A DNA stretch of 64,000 nt from Amoebidium appalachense (lineage: Eukaryota > Protista > Ichthyosporea), in assembly GCA_963693365.1 (NCBI GenBank), contig CAVNZM010000009.1, forward strand, positions 7,173,408 to 7,237,407. The letters run 5' to 3'. How positions within the stretch are numbered: position 1 is the first letter of the stretch; each line of letters begins with the position of its first letter. The translations under genes were made by a program, and so were the position numbers. The notes under the pieces are model-generated. The model was not told the origin of the DNA. It made no database searches and worked only from the letters and a program-made list of their open reading frames with translations. Below, in pieces: positions 28,570 through 42,200 of this stretch.

Positions 28570-28999
28570 TCCCCACTTAAGACTTTGAAGTTTGTGTTAT
28601 CATATCCCCACTGAACTAGTGAAATCTCCCCACTTGAGAACAGAAACGGAAAAAAAAAAAAATTAAAGTGTGTTCTTTTCCCGGGGGGGGGGGGGGGGGG
28701 GGGGGGGAGAAGGGGGGGGGGGGGGGGGGAGGGGGGGGGGGAAGGGGGGGGGGGGAGGGGGGGGGGAAGGGGGGGGGGGGAAGGAACCGGGGCAAAAACA
28801 ACGAATATGTATAACGTGTATAGTCGGTGTTTGATTAACTGGGTTTTAAACCAGTGAAAGATAGAGTAGAGTCATGGTACAGGTCAAACCTTATATATAA
28901 ACCCTAAGTGGGCATACCCACAAAGGCAATACATATGAAATAATGATTATGATAAAGTAAGTAGTAAACATTAGAAAATCACTCTTGAAGTAGGTCGGG

Positions 29000-30206
29000 T
29001 CAATCCACAATATCCGGTAAACAAAGTCGAGCATGATGGTGGACATGACTCGGGCCGGGGAGGGGTTTGGTGAGGATGTCAGCTAAGTTGTGGGCTGACT
29101 CAACGTAGTGGACAACCACGTCCCCACTTGCAATGTAGTCCTTGGTGTTGTGATACCGGACGGCAATGTGTTTGGTACGGTGCTTGATGCCGGTGGAGTT
29201 GACGATGGCAATGGTCGACTGGTTGTCACAGTACACCGGAGTCGGAGCAAGCATGGGACAGCCGAGTTCCTTGAAGAGGTCACGGACCCAAGCAACTTCT
29301 TGGGTGCCAGCATTGAGAGCAATCAGCTCAGCTTCAGTGGTGCTGGTGCCAGTCCGTGATGGGCTGGAGCTTGGAGTACCAGATGATGGGCATACCAGCA
29401 AACTCGATAATGTAGCCGGTGGTAGACTTCTTGCTGTCGGCACTGGCACAACCAGCAAAGTCAGCATCCGTGTAGCATTCGAGTATGGGGGACTGGGTGG
29501 CCGAGTACTTGTAGTCAATGCCAAGGTCAATGGTGCCGAGCAGGTACCGGGCCACACGACGGAGAAGGTCCCAGTGAGTCTTGCCGGGGTTGGTGCTGAA
29601 CCGACCAAGGAAGCCGATGGCATAGGCAATGTCGGGACGTGTGCACCGTGCCACCCAGAGGAGACGGCCGAGTAACTCACGGTAGGGCACGGTGAACGGT
29701 TGGGGGGGGCAGTCAGCCAGGGAGACGGTGGTGCCTGCAGGAATGGGGGTAGACTTGGACTTGGCATCGGTGAGGTTGAAGTCGTGGATGATATCCATGA
29801 TGTAAGACCTCTGGTGCATGTGGAGGTGATGGGGATCAGAGTGATTAAAATCAACACCGAGCATACGGTCAAATGGACTCATACGACAGCTGGCCATCTT
29901 GCTGATGTGGGCAGCCAGGTCACTGGCAGCAGTAGAACCCCGGGTGTTGGTGATGGTGGAGTCGTCGACGTAGTTACCAGCCCGAACCACATCGTTGTTG
30001 GGGAAGAACCGGAGGTAGATGCACGGGTCGGTCTTAGTACGGGTCAGGCCATGGGCAAGAAGAATGCCGTCGAGGAAGTCGTACCAAGCCTTGGAGGCTT
30101 GCTTGAGGCCGTACAGGGCTTTCAAATTGAGTCTCCAGACCTTGCCAAGTGTGGCCATGGTGATGAATCCCGGGGGTTGTTTCATGTAGATGGTCTCGGT
30201 GAGTGG
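29000..30206 (-). pseudogene. Copia RT (C-terminal part) and RNase H
   Basis: PLTETIYMKQPPGF, KALYGLKQA, NYVDD, YTDADFAG, STTEAELIA, YCDNQS, KHIAVRYH, NLADILTK. Frameshift near 29350. Confidence 0.93.
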
Positions 30207-31859
30207 GGGTTTTATTTGTGGAATTTATTGAATAAATATTTTCTGGTAAACACGTAGAGGGTGTTCGAAGACATAACCATTAGGCTTCGTTTCGTGTTTT
30301 ACTTGCGACCCCCCCACAGCAAAAACAGATTCAATCCAACAGATACAATAATATCATGGAAAGGCAGTCGGTAGAGGTAAAAGAAGAAAACAGCACAACA
30401 CATCTTCTTGTTGAGCACCTACAGCCCTTACCTATACATTTTCTTTTCACACTCCGTGACAACTCTTGACACGAGCTTCTGTCACACCTTGACAATCGTG
30501 CCATCCTTGCAAGTTCAGCTTGCCCTCGTGTCCTCCTCGCAAGTTAGGCTTGCACTCCTGCCAGTTCCGTCCCGGTTAGGGCTAGTCGCCCTACAAGTTC
30601 CTCGACACTTCAAGAAGATTTCCTGACATGGTCCCTCACGCGCCGCGCCGCTGTGATCTAAGTCCCTACCACTCGTCTAATTTCAAACCCCGTTTTCAAT
30701 TCCGATGGCCTAGAATTTCACACCCCGCTTCGATCCGCATTGACTATCCTCGCTCATAGTCCTTGCCCGATTGCCCTTCTGAGTATTCAAATACGGTACT
30801 CCAATCGCGTCGCTTATGTTAAACCCAGTCAAAGCACCTTGTGCTTTCCTACTGTTCAGGAGTCCTGACCCCAAGTCCCTGCCAGAACAGCTTACCGTGT
30901 TCAACCCGCCTCCTTCCCTGTTTTCCCAACCTGTTTCCCGCCATGTCTCCCCCCACCATGACTTCACTGTCGATGGATACCTCACATTCCATTGGCCTGC
31001 CCCGCATTCCAGCAGCATTTTTTTTTTTTTTTCCCCTCAGATCACAAGGCCAGCCTCGTCGAGATCTCAGCTACCCCAAACCCTGCACGGCCCCAGTTCC
31101 CCTGCAGCTGTTCCCCCCTGTTCCACCCGACCCCGGCCAGCTACACATGCTGCCAGGTCCGGTCGTTCCCATCCACGTTTCTGCCCAGCCAGCCTACCGT
31201 GCTGCCTGCCCATCCACGTTTCTGCCCAGCCAGCCTACCGTGCTGCCCGCCCCCGTTTCCAAAGCCCCTGGCCCGACCCAGTTAACCTTCTCCGTCCGGA
31301 CTTACCTGCCTTTGACCCTGCCTCCGTCGTGCCTGATCCCAAAACCAATCCCGTCAAAGCCCCTCCTCCCCTCCCTGTTCCGGCTTTCCCAGTAACCCCC
31401 GAGCAGCAAGAACCCTCAGGCTCGACGCCCCTCCAAACGAATTTCAAATTACGCGACCTCCGCAACCAGCTGCCCAACGCTCCCGCGGGCACCGTGACTG
31501 ACGCGCCTCCGGCGGCCCCCACCACCACGGACCCTCCAAGCCACTCTCCCCTCTACCCCTGAAGCCCCCCTCAGGCCTGTCCCATGTAGTACCCCAAGCC
31601 CGGCTGTGGTCTAAGACTTGATGGCTTCACACCGCCCCACAAGCCCGGCGGGGGACAAACCCCCAACCGCCCTGACCCGCACCCCGGCCTGGCAACACCG
31701 GCCCGATCGGTGGAGCTACCCGCCACGCACTACATGAATTTCCACATTTAAGGTCGGTCCTGCGCTAAGCAGCCCTGCCCCCTCTCCCACGTGTGCCCGC
31801 TCTGCTCTGGCACACACCCCCGCAAAGACTGCAAGCCTAATGCCTAGTCTACGCGCACA

Positions 31860-32903
31860 CCCACACACACAGATAGAACATAGGGGCTAGGAGCTAGGAT
31901 ACACGGGTACAGGGACACGGAGCTCGGGAGCTCGGGTCACTAGGGCTAAGTACAATTTTCGCAAGCCACCTACGGCGCCCGCGCGCGCCACAGAATACAT
32001 GTCCCTACACAAAGATGTTATTCTGGCCACTGCACATAATTTTACTCCCCACCCATCCCACGAGCCCCCCCCCTTACACTCACCTAGCACCCCCCCCCCC
32101 CCCCCCCCTTCTAACTCTGTGTCCACCCGCATCCCCGCGTGCTCGGGCATCCCCTGCACATGGCCCCGCTGTTCTGCCTGCAACCTCCCTCGGGCCCAGC
32201 TGCCCGCACACACAGATAGAACATAGGGGCTAGGTGCTAGGATACACGGGTACAGGGACACGGAGCTCGGGAGCACGGGCCACTAGGGCTGAGTACAAAT
32301 TTTTGCAGGCCACCTACGGCGCCCGCGCGCGCCACAGAATACATGTCCCTACACAAAGACGTTATTCTGGCCACTGCACATAATTTTACTCCCCACCCAT
32401 CCCACGAGCCTCCCCCCCCCTTACACTCACCTAGCACTCCCCCCCCCCCCCCCCCCTTCTAACTCTGTGTCCGCCCGCATCCCCGCGTGCTCGGGCATCC
32501 CCTGCACATGGCCCCGCTGTTCTGCCTGCAACCTCCCTCGGGCCCAGCTGCCCGCACACACAAGATAGAACATAGGGGCTAGGAGCTAGGATACACGGGT
32601 ACAGGGACACGGAGCTCGGGAGCACGGGCCACTAGGGCTGAGTACAAATTTTTTGCAGGCCACCTACGGCGCCCGCGCGCGCCACAGAATACATGTCCCT
32701 ACACAAAAGACGTTATTCTGGCCACTGCACATAATTTTACTCCCCCACCCATCCCACGAGCCTCCCCCCCCCCCCCCTTACACTCACCTAGCACTCCCTC
32801 CCCCCCCCTTCTAACTGTGTCCGCCCGCATCCCTGCGTGCTCGGGCATCCCCTGCACATGGCCCCGCTGCCCTGCCTGCAACCTCTCTCGGGCCCAGCTG
32901 CCC
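31860..32903 (+). repeat. Three tandem ~345-bp units inside the YR retrotransposon
   Basis: GATAGAACATAGGGGCTAGG recurs at 31872, 32215 and 32564 (periods 343 and 349). Confidence 0.93.
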
Positions 32904-33349
32904 TACTCTAAACCCCCCGGGGCCCTGCTGCCCCCCCTCCCCCCCCCCCCCCCCCCCCCGGCTGCCGGGGTCTCCCCGAGGGTGCCCCACCCTTGCTAAC
33001 CACACCTTCCCCCGAGGCTCAGACCCGGAGGCCCAGCCCCCCTCGGCCACCAGCGCGGCCACCCTCTTCCCGGACCAATTCCTTGCTGAGTTTCCGGTCC
33101 TCCGTTCCTCCCCCATCGGCGCCGTTACTACAAAAAACAAGCCCGGGACCCCAGCTCATTCTCGACGCAGGCCCCGGCTGCTACATGGCAGTGGCAGACG
33201 TGCAGGCTGCCTTCCGGCACATGCCCTCTCCCTTCCCCTGGGCTCAACCCCCCCCTCCCCTCCCCCCCCCCCCCCCCGATCTTCCCTTCCGGAGCAACGC
33301 TGGCAGATTGGCCCCCCCACTTTGCTCCAGCCGTGCTGCTTCGAGCCAC

Positions 33350-34320
33350 CACTACCCTGCAGGAGTGCCAGGCCCTGAGTCTCAACCTCGACTCTCGGGC
33401 CTTCTACTCCCGGGTGCAGAAAGTGTTCATCGATTTTTGTGGCATCTCGGCTGCCATCCTCCTCCGGGTCCTACCTCCCGGCCTCCCCCACACACCGTGC
33501 AGCTCTTTCTTGCCTGGTGTGCCCAACAAGGGGTACAGGCCTCTTCCTTGGCCGGCTACAATTCGGCTATCACCAGACTCCACCTCGACATGGGACTTCC
33601 GGCTCCCTACCCCCACGACAAGTCTCTCGCCTGGTTCCTACAAGGGGTGGGCAGATGGCAGCTTTTCTCACAACATCCGACCCCGATCATCTCCCAGAGA
33701 ACCCCTCATGCCCTCCCACCTCGGCCTACTCCATGGCCAGTGCCCCACCCAGGCCTCCTCAGCCAATCGCCGGCTTTGGACGGCCCTCATCGACGGTTTT
33801 TGTGGTCTCCTCCGTTCGTGGGAATTACCTCCAAGACCCTGACTTCCTTCGACCCGTCCCGTCACGTGAAATGGAAGGACGTGACCTTCAGCTACACCCC
33901 CACCAGTACTTTGTCCCATGCCACCCTCCACCTGCCAACCTCCAAGATGGATGTACAGCCCTAAGTGTCAACGTCACTCTAGCTGCCCTGCCTCTCACCC
34001 ACTTCTCCCCAGCCCATCTCCTCCGGCAGTTCCTGGATCCGACATCCGGTCAACCTGACGACCCCCTGTTCAGTCTCGGTGGCATTCCCTACACCAACTT
34101 GAAGGGTGTTTTCTCTGACGACTTCCGTGCCCTCCTCTCCCGGGCGGGCCTCTCACCCTCCCGGTTTGCCGGCCACAGCCTCCGAATTGGGGGGGCCACA
34201 GCCCTGGCCGAGGCCGGGGTCGACGACTCCAGGATCCAACAACTTGGCAGATGATCTTCCGACTGTTCCCTGATCTATACTCGACTTCGCCGGCCCCCAT
34301 GGCTGCCACTAACAAACGTG
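33350..34320 (+). pseudogene. Tyrosine recombinase of the Ngaro-like element (frameshifted)
   Basis: FLAWCAQQGVQASSLAGYNSAI (N-terminal helices), GFCGLLRSWE (catalytic R), and FAGHSLRIGGATALAEAG..IQQLGR*SS...IY (HxxR and terminal Y; W codon is now a stop). Confidence 0.9.
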
Positions 34321-35017
34321 TATTTGCCTCTATCCTTAAGTGAAACCTTTGGAGCAAGCATACTGCTCTCGTGCCGTGGTTTACAACCATTGCAGGTTCA
34401 CTTTCGTCCAAGGGGATGTCCCCCTAGAGGCAACACACGTCCCGGAGTAGTTTTCATAGAGGTTTTATTTGTGGATTATTGACATAAATATTTTTTGGGT
34501 AAAAGTAGGATGGGTGTTGAAGACATAACCATGTAGGCTTCGTTTCGTGTTTTAGCAGTTCGCGATTGGCCGCTCGCACACGGGCACCTATTAGCTAATC
34601 AAAACATCAGATTCCACATATCGCTAGACCGATTTTGATTGGTTCGATTCAGATTCACATATCACTGGATCGATTTTCAATTGGCTCAGGTCGGTAGGCT
34701 TAGGTATATAAGCAAGACAGTTTTCAGCAGATCAGCAAGCTACAAACACATCTTCTGTGTTGAGCACCTACAGCCCTTACGGCTATACATTTTCTTTTCA
34801 CCCACCCACCTACACCCACACACACCCCCATTGATCCACACATGCGTGCTGTTTTTTCACGGGGCGAAGACTTCCCCCGTTTTTTGGGCACAAGGACCTC
34901 ACGGATCAATAAATTGATGACTGGGGGCTTGCCGTGGTTTACAACCATTGCAGGTTCACTTTCGTCCAAGGGGATGTCCCCCTAGAGGCAACACACGTCC
35001 CGGAGTAGTTTTCATAG

Positions 35018-38000
35018 ACTGTTGAGAAAGGCCGTAGACACGTCGAGTTGATGGATGTCATGACCTTCAACAACGGCCAGAGCTAGGATGGCACGGAGAG
35101 CAGCCGGACGGATGACAGGGCTCTCAATCAACTCATAGTCAACACCGTATTGCTGACTGAAGCCTTGAGCAACACCACGTGCCTTGATCTTGGTGTCACC
35201 AGCCGAGTTGAGAGTTTTCTCGGAGACAATCCACTTGAAGCCGACGATGTTAGCACCAGGGGGAGGGTCAACAAGTTCAAAGATGTCTTTGTCGACGAAG
35301 GCTTGATACTCAGCAGTCAGGGCTGACTTGACCTGGTCACCAGTGGGTCCGGAACACAGTTGACGGACAAGTTTGGGTAGTTGGTCGATGTTGATGGGGG
35401 GACCGGGGGGGACTGGGAGGGTGGTGGTGGCTTGAAGTCCAACCTTGCCCAGTAGACGGGCAGAACGACGGGGTGCAGGAACCGGGGGAGGTGGAGACGG
35501 GGGGGGGGAACTTGGAAGTTCGGAAGTGCAGGGGGGGCAACCTCCGGGCTGGACGGGGCCGAGTGGAAGTGGTCGGGGGAGCCGGGTCGGATGGGTGTGA
35601 CGTTGCCAGGGGCAGGATGAGGGTCGGCAGGCTGGACGGGCACGGGGGCAGGGGGGCCGGTGGGGGGGGGTGTCGGGGGAACGACGATGGCAGGAGGGGG
35701 GCCAGAGTACACCAAACAAACATCATCTTCAGTGTCAACTGTGGGGGGTGGGGTGGTCGAGGTAGCAGTGGTGTCGGGGGTAGGAAGTGTTGATGGAATG
35801 TCGGACGGGAGATAAGCTGATTCGTCGAAAATCACATCACGGAAGAGGCCGACACGATGGGTGGTGGGATTGAAGATCCGGTGGCAGTGTGATTGAAGAT
35901 CATAGCCGATATACATGCCGAGTTTGACGGTGGGGGCCAGCTTGTTCCGTTTAGAGGCGGGCACGTGAGTGTAGGCAGGGCAACCGAACACTTTGAGCTC
36001 GGAGATGTCGGGCTTGACACCGTAGAAAACCTCGAATGGTGTACGACCATTGGCAGTCGTGGACGGGGTGACGTTGATGATGTAGGCGGCATGTTGGAGG
36101 GCCTCAGCCCACAGTTTGGGGGACAGAGACTGATCTTGGACTTGATGGAGGAGGCAACGGACAATCTCTTGGAGGAACCGCATACGACGTTCAACATAGC
36201 CGTTCAGTTGAGGGCAGTCCACCGGAGCATAGCTGGCCTTGATGCCCTGGGAGAGGCAAAAAGCACGGGTAGCCTTGGAGGTGAACTCAGAGCCGGAGTC
36301 GAAGTGGTAGACACCAACTTTGGAGGGGGCATGGGTGGCAACGAGGTTGGTGTGAGCTGTGAGAATGTCCAGGGTGGTGGTACGGTCGGCCATCGGGTAG
36401 ATCTTGACGAGTCCAGAGGCACGGCAGACAGTGACGAGAGCAACCTTGGAACCTCCGTACGATGTTGTGGTAGGCTCAAAAAAATCCCAATGCCATTCAT
36501 GACCGGGGATGTTGGAGTGAGGACGGTCACCCTTGAACGGAGCCTTGGTGGTTTTACCCATAATGCAGCCATGACAATCAGGAACATCACAGTCGAGGAC
36601 AGAGGAGGGGAGACCAATAACAAGGTCGTGTTTCACCATGTCCTTGATGCTGGTCATAGCACGGTGCCCCAGACGATGGTGCCAGATGGATGGGTTAACA
36701 CTGGTAGTGGCAGCCAGAGCCACAGGACGAGTGGGTGGTTGAATGGTGTAGTCCTTGAAGTAATACAGACCGTTGTGTAGACGGAGGTTGACGAGATGAC
36801 GTCCGGTGAGTCGGTCGAAGAGGAATGACGGAGTGGAGGCATCGTTCAAATCACCCTTGATGTATTCGGCAGCAGCTTGGGATGTTGAAATGAGGAAGGC
36901 TTGGCCAGACGGGGTGTAGTAGGCTTCAATGGTAAGGGTGGCAGTGCCATGGTCGGTGGTGGTGTTGATGACGATATGGCCGGTGTGAGTGGCCAAGACG
37001 GGGGTGCCATTGAAGGCAGCAACGGGAGTCGGTGTCGGAAGGGGAGTGAGGTCATGGAAGAACTCACGGGTGGGGCAGACAGTCATGTTGCACCCGGAAT
37101 CCCAGGCAGGGTCGGAGGACACGGGGACGGAGCTAGCATTGTATGCCGAGAAAGCAAAGGAGACAGATTTCTCACTGCCTTGACGGGAACGGTTGTGTCT
37201 GGACATACGGCATTTCGGCTCAGGGCAATCGATGATCGTGTGATCAGGCTCGTGGCAGTAGGAGCATTCTTTCACGGACGGGGTGTTAGAACGAGCCGGG
37301 GAATCAGAACGACGGGAACCCGAGAAACGGGAACGACTGGGGGAACGAGACGTGGACCGGAAGGCAGGCCGGTGGGGGGAACGGGATCGGGTGTGCTGAC
37401 GGGAGAGACGAGTTCGGAGGTCCGTACCAGGGGTACGGTCAAGTCGGTTGCGTAAGTCACGGCGAGGAAGATCACGGGGGGGAGCACTGGCATTTAATGC
37501 CATGCTGGACTTGGAGGCACGGTGGGCACGGTTGCTCCGGAGTTGCATCTTGAGGTCTTGACGTAACTCGATGCCCTTGACGTGGTTGTGGAGGGACTCG
37601 AAGTCGGGGAATAGCTTATCACCGAAGTGATAGTCTTCGATAAGACGGTTGAACTCAGGGGTGAGGTCGTCTCTGGTGGTGAGTTCATTGAAGAACTTCT
37701 CAGCTAGACGAGTGAAGTGAATGGACTCATCTTGGAGAGACTGGAGCTGGTTCACGATGGTCTGCAGACGGCTCAGGTAGGTGGTGAATGATTCACCGGG
37801 CTGAAGGGCACAGGCATCCCACTGACGGTGAAGGATGCGGATCTGATCGGGTTTGCCTTGGAGATAGTGTTGACGGAATTTCCACATGGCCCGTTCAGGG
37901 TCCATGCCAATACGGTACTGGGCAACGGTGGTGAGGACGGAAGGGTCGATGTTCTGTATCATATGGAGCAGGAGGCAATTGCGGGCCTCCTTGAGTTCCG

Positions 38001-38229
38001 CGGTAGTGCCGTAGCCATAGAAGGGGGGTTCACCGTCAACCGCGACGGTGGTAGGGGGGACGTAGTTGTCAGCAAGTACAACATCCACGAGTCGGACACC
38101 TTTAGTGCCGGTCATCATGCCGAGAAAAATGATTTCCCATTGAAAATAGGTGGTTTTGCTATCGGGACCAGTCTTCCCTTCACCTTTCCACATGGTGATT
38201 TTGTTTACGCCAGTTTTGTTTGGATCCAT
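35018..38229 (-). pseudogene. Copia gag-protease-integrase-RT N-terminus
   Basis: Start MDPNKTG at 38229. Zn knuckle CSYCHEPDHTIIDC, protease AWDSGC, WHHRLGH..CHGC, integrase HWD/HFDSGSEF/NGYVER, RT KARGVAQGFSQ and HQLDVSTAFL. Frameshift in poly-G at ~35500. Confidence 0.95.
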
Positions 38230-38278
38230 GATTGAAAAACGAGCGCTAGTTCTAGATGTGTGTAGGGAGCGTGCAAAA

Positions 38279-38291
38279 GGGCTGCATAACC
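38279..38291 (-). promoter_or_regulatory. Copia primer-binding site (internal tRNA-iMet type)
   Basis: GGTTATGCAGCCC directly follows the 5' LTR. It resembles the GGTTATG(A/G)GCCC sites complementary to the anticodon arm of initiator tRNA-Met used by copia/Ty5, with one extra base. Confidence 0.65.
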
Positions 38292-39222
38292 TGTTAAATT
38301 GTATAAGTATTTGGGATGTAAGCAGAGACACAGTGGTGCAGTGTGAAAACACCACAGACACACACAACAACAAAACACGGAACGATCGGAGCAGTGTACA
38401 CAACAGACATCAATGTTTAGACACGACTGAACTGAATTTATTCTGATCTTCGAATAAATACCTGAAATTCCTCTAAGTCCAATCCTTACATGATTTCCGA
38501 CCAGTCGGAAATCAGATCCATCTCTAATAGAAACCAATCACTAAGAACCAATTGCTTTCAGAGAGATCCGGTACGCGGAGACGCACACGATAGGACACAG
38601 ACACTAGTTAAGGTCAACTTGTGTCATCATCAAGGAAGTTCTAACCTATGACATACTGCAAAGACTCAGACATATCACACTTAACCTTGATGATTCAAGT
38701 TGGTTAAAGCCCGGCAACACATGAAAACTAAAGTGAATTAATGAAGTCTAAACACACATGCTATTCTAAGTGTAGCCTAAGTGTGTTACCGTCCAATGAA
38801 CACGTATTAAGTAACACAAATCTACCTAACATATATTAGTAGAAAAGAAATACGATTATACACATGAAGACAAAGAAAGAAAGAAAAGAAAATAAGGAAG
38901 GAGAAAGAGGAAGGAAAAGAGAGCACAGATCAACAAACAAGATAGCAATAGCATAACTATAACCAGAGATATTTATGTACACACGAACATGTACACGTCT
39001 CTCCCTGAGTGGGTGGATCCGTGTACACACATATAAATATTCTAATCGATATTACAATACACGATTAGAGCCGATACAACACGATTACAAGTATACAAGC
39101 ATATCGGAGATCGATGCTTCATTTTACATAATAGGAGTGTGGCATATACACTAAGCATATGAACTGAAACATAACACAAACTGAGAAGATCTTACCATAT
39201 GTAGATACTACGTATTACAACA
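38292..39222 (-). repeat. Copia 5' LTR
   Basis: Near-identical to 27638-28569; followed by the PBS and gag. Confidence 0.95.
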
Positions 39223-42200
39223 GTACCCGTCACGCACGGCCACCTTCAACTCCTCCGTCGTCCACGTGCCCACCAGCGCCCTCTCCTCGTCCGTGTGTGT
39301 GCACAGTGTGTGCTCACGTACCCTGGGGTTGCCGTCCTCGTCCATGCAGGTGGCCCGGGCCTCCTCCTTGCTGCTGCAGGCCCTGCACAGCACAAAGCCC
39401 AGCTTGTCGTACCCCTGGGCACCCGTCATTCGCACCGGCAGCACCGGAATGAAGAGGTCCTTGGGGGGCAGCACCCTCACACGTGCAACACCAAAGTACC
39501 CCTTGGTCCTGGCCTGGGGGGAGCCGGGGGCCATACGGCACGTCTTGTCGAGCCTCTCCTTGAGCACCTGGGGGTCGGTGACGATGGCCGATGGGTGGTC
39601 CTCCGGCTTGATGGGCAGGCAGGTGAACCACTGTGACTTGCCCACCGGCATGTACTTGTCAATCATGACGTACGGGTAGAGGGAGGTGACGTCGACGTAC
39701 TTGAGCCCGGCCGCCGGCTGGTCCTCCTCCTTGACCTCGATGTGACGGGTGATCACCTCGGTGCGACCACCAAAGAAGGCATCACGGAACTGCACGGGGC
39801 CCGTGGGCACGGGAGCCACCCTGCCGGTGCCCTCCCTCCGTGCTGCCTGGGTTGCAAGTGCAGCCTTGACCTCGGGGCTCTGCCTCAGCCTGTCCCACCT
39901 GCACTCCCACATGCTCTGCACCTTGTGCCCCTGGGCACGGATGTAACGCTCGTGGGCCATGGTGCTGTCGTAGGCCAGTCCCTGGCCGGCCTCTTCACCA
40001 CCCTCATCGTCAGATCCTCGTGCCTGTTGCAGTCGGGGCACCCATGGAACACACACCCGTGGAAGAAGTAGTAGGTGCACGTGCCGTCGTCGTGGGTGGC
40101 CTTGGCATCGGCCGTGGCCCTGCCGTGGGGGCCGTACCCGGTGGCCACGTGCCGTGCAGCGTCGTCTGGCCCCACCCCCAGGCTGTGGGTGATGTAGTCG
40201 ATGTACTCCTGCTCCTTCTTGCTGCTGTTCACGTTGCCCATGGTCTGGTCACACATCACGGCCACGTCCTTGGGCATGGCCTGCGTGATCCAGAAGTGCA
40301 TGGCGAGGGAAGCAAGGGTGACGCACGTGAAGGGGTCGATGCCCGTCAGCTCCACCAGCCTGGACATGAAGGCCTTGACCACCTGCTGCAGCAGCACCAC
40401 GTCCTTGACGCAGTAGTCCTCGCACTGCTGCACAATGTCTTAGCATGTGGCCGCCGGTGCCCCCTCGTGCAGACGTGCCTGCTCCTCGTGCCACCACTGC
40501 ATGAAGGCAGTATGCGGCTGCCTGGGCTTCATGTCCTGGGCCCCAAAGTCCTCGGGCCCGGGGAAGGCAATGCGGCCGGCCTTGAAGTTCGCAAACGTGG
40601 CTGCACGGTGGGGGAAGTGGCCCTTGGTCTCCTGGCAGCCCATGGCCTTGCCTGCATCCGACAGTGACATGGTGAGGAAGTTGAGGGTGTCCACGAACGC
40701 CAGCTCCACCACCGTCGTGCGGCTGCCGTCCCCCCTCTGCCCCCCGTGCCTCCTCTTGTGCCCGGTGCCTGCTGCTGCTTCGCCATGGCCATCACCATGG
40801 CCATCACCATGGCCATGGCCATCGCCGTCCACGTGCATGGGCTCGGGGCCGGGGGGTGCCGGTGCACGCTGGCGTACTTGAACTTGTAGAAGAACCGGCC
40901 GGCAGGGTTGCCCTACACACACACCCGGCGGACACCATCGCCGGTACCCATCACCCTGTACCCCTGCAGGCCGTGGGTGCACGTGTCCAGCCGGCACCAG
41001 AACACGTTGTCGCAGAAGGAATGACGGTCTCTGCCAACCCCTGCCCCTGAGCCCTTGAGCTTGGTGCTGTGGTTGGCCATGCATTTGGTCGACGGGAAGA
41101 GGCCACAGCAGTCGTCACAACGGTAAGGCCATGCCTCCTCCCCTGCCCGTGCAAGCTGCAGACGGCGCTCGGGGGTCCACACACAGGCGTTGGCCTGGTC
41201 GTTGCGGTCGCCCTTTGACCCACAGTTGTCGCACTGGTTCACACAGCGGTGTTTCCCCATGTTCTTGCTCTGCACGGTCTGGTTGCAGTGGTAGCAGGTG
41301 CTGAGATTCCGTCGTGCCTCCCCCGTGTGGTTGCTGTGTCGTAGGCGCTCGATGGCCGTGCTGACACTGGAGGTGATGGCCGTGAAGTGGCCCAGCTTCT
41401 GGGAGTGGGCCAAGTACATGGTGCACAGCTTGGAGGGGGGCAGGGCCGTGCTCAGGTCCCCGTACCGGCGTAGCACTTTGGCCCCGCTGTCCATGTCCAC
41501 CACCACCAGCCGCAGGCGGGTGACTGACTCAGGCTGCTCGGCAATTGCTGTGTTGAGGGCATCCACGACAGCCCCCAGCTCATCCACCGTCAGGCCATCC
41601 TCTGCAGGCACAGGCAGGTCGTACAATCTCCGCAGGTAACGGTCTTGGTGGTGGCTCCTTGGATCTGTGGGAGGGAGTAGCAGGTTGCACACCCCACAGC
41701 CGGAAGATCTCTACCTCCCCAGGGTCGTGTTGCCGACCCCCACTACCTCCTTTGGGGTCAGCAGGTGGCACAGCACGTGGTGGTCCTTGCGATCCATGAG
41801 GTTGCCCCCCTTGCCCAGCACCTTGCGTGTGTGCTCGGTGGGTAGGTTGGCCTGCTCGTTGCCATTGGCTGCCTTCTTCACCCACATCACCATGCAGTAC
41901 GTGACACCAGGCACAGCTGGGCACAGTTGGGGCCGTAGGCAAAGCCGTGCAGCTGCTGGTGGTCCAGGAAGGTCTCCCCGGTCACCTGTGGGTCGTCGGT
42001 GCTGCATGCATCCTGCACAAGGGCGGTCACATCCACCACGGCCTTGGCCTCCACCAGATCGTGCAGCCACCGTGCATTCACCCCCGTGGTGGTGGACAGG
42101 GACCCACAGGCCCCCCTCCTCATGTCCTTGGGTCGGGCCACCGTCAGATGCACGGTGGATCTGCCGTCCATGAAGGTCTCGGCTGCACTCTGGGTACGTT

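Larger units (their letters stand above)
30207..35017 (+). mobile_element. Degenerate tyrosine-recombinase retrotransposon with split direct repeats (Ngaro/PAT-type), inserted in the Copia RT
   Basis: Architecture is A1 (~30208-30450), ORFs, B1 (34373-34459), A2 (~34461-34801), B2 (34931-35017). No TSD. Removing it restores Copia AFLNS|PLTETIYM. Gag Zn finger C-AKQPC-PLSHVC-PLC-SGTH-PRKDC at ~31760-31835 and RT remnant AGPGCYMAVADVQAAFRHMP at ~33167-33226. Confidence 0.9.
27638..39222 (-). mobile_element. Ty1/Copia LTR retrotransposon inserted into pPolB
   Basis: Two ~931-bp LTRs (TG...CA). 5-bp TSD GTACC at 27633-27637 and 39223-39227. Domain order gag-PR-IN-RT-RH. PPT-like TTAAGTGGGGA next to the 3' LTR. 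Confidence 0.97.

Noticed and set aside
40780-40830. GDGHGH-type 12-bp repeat in pPolB as a separate element
   Set aside because: It is a short in-frame slippage expansion in a loop.
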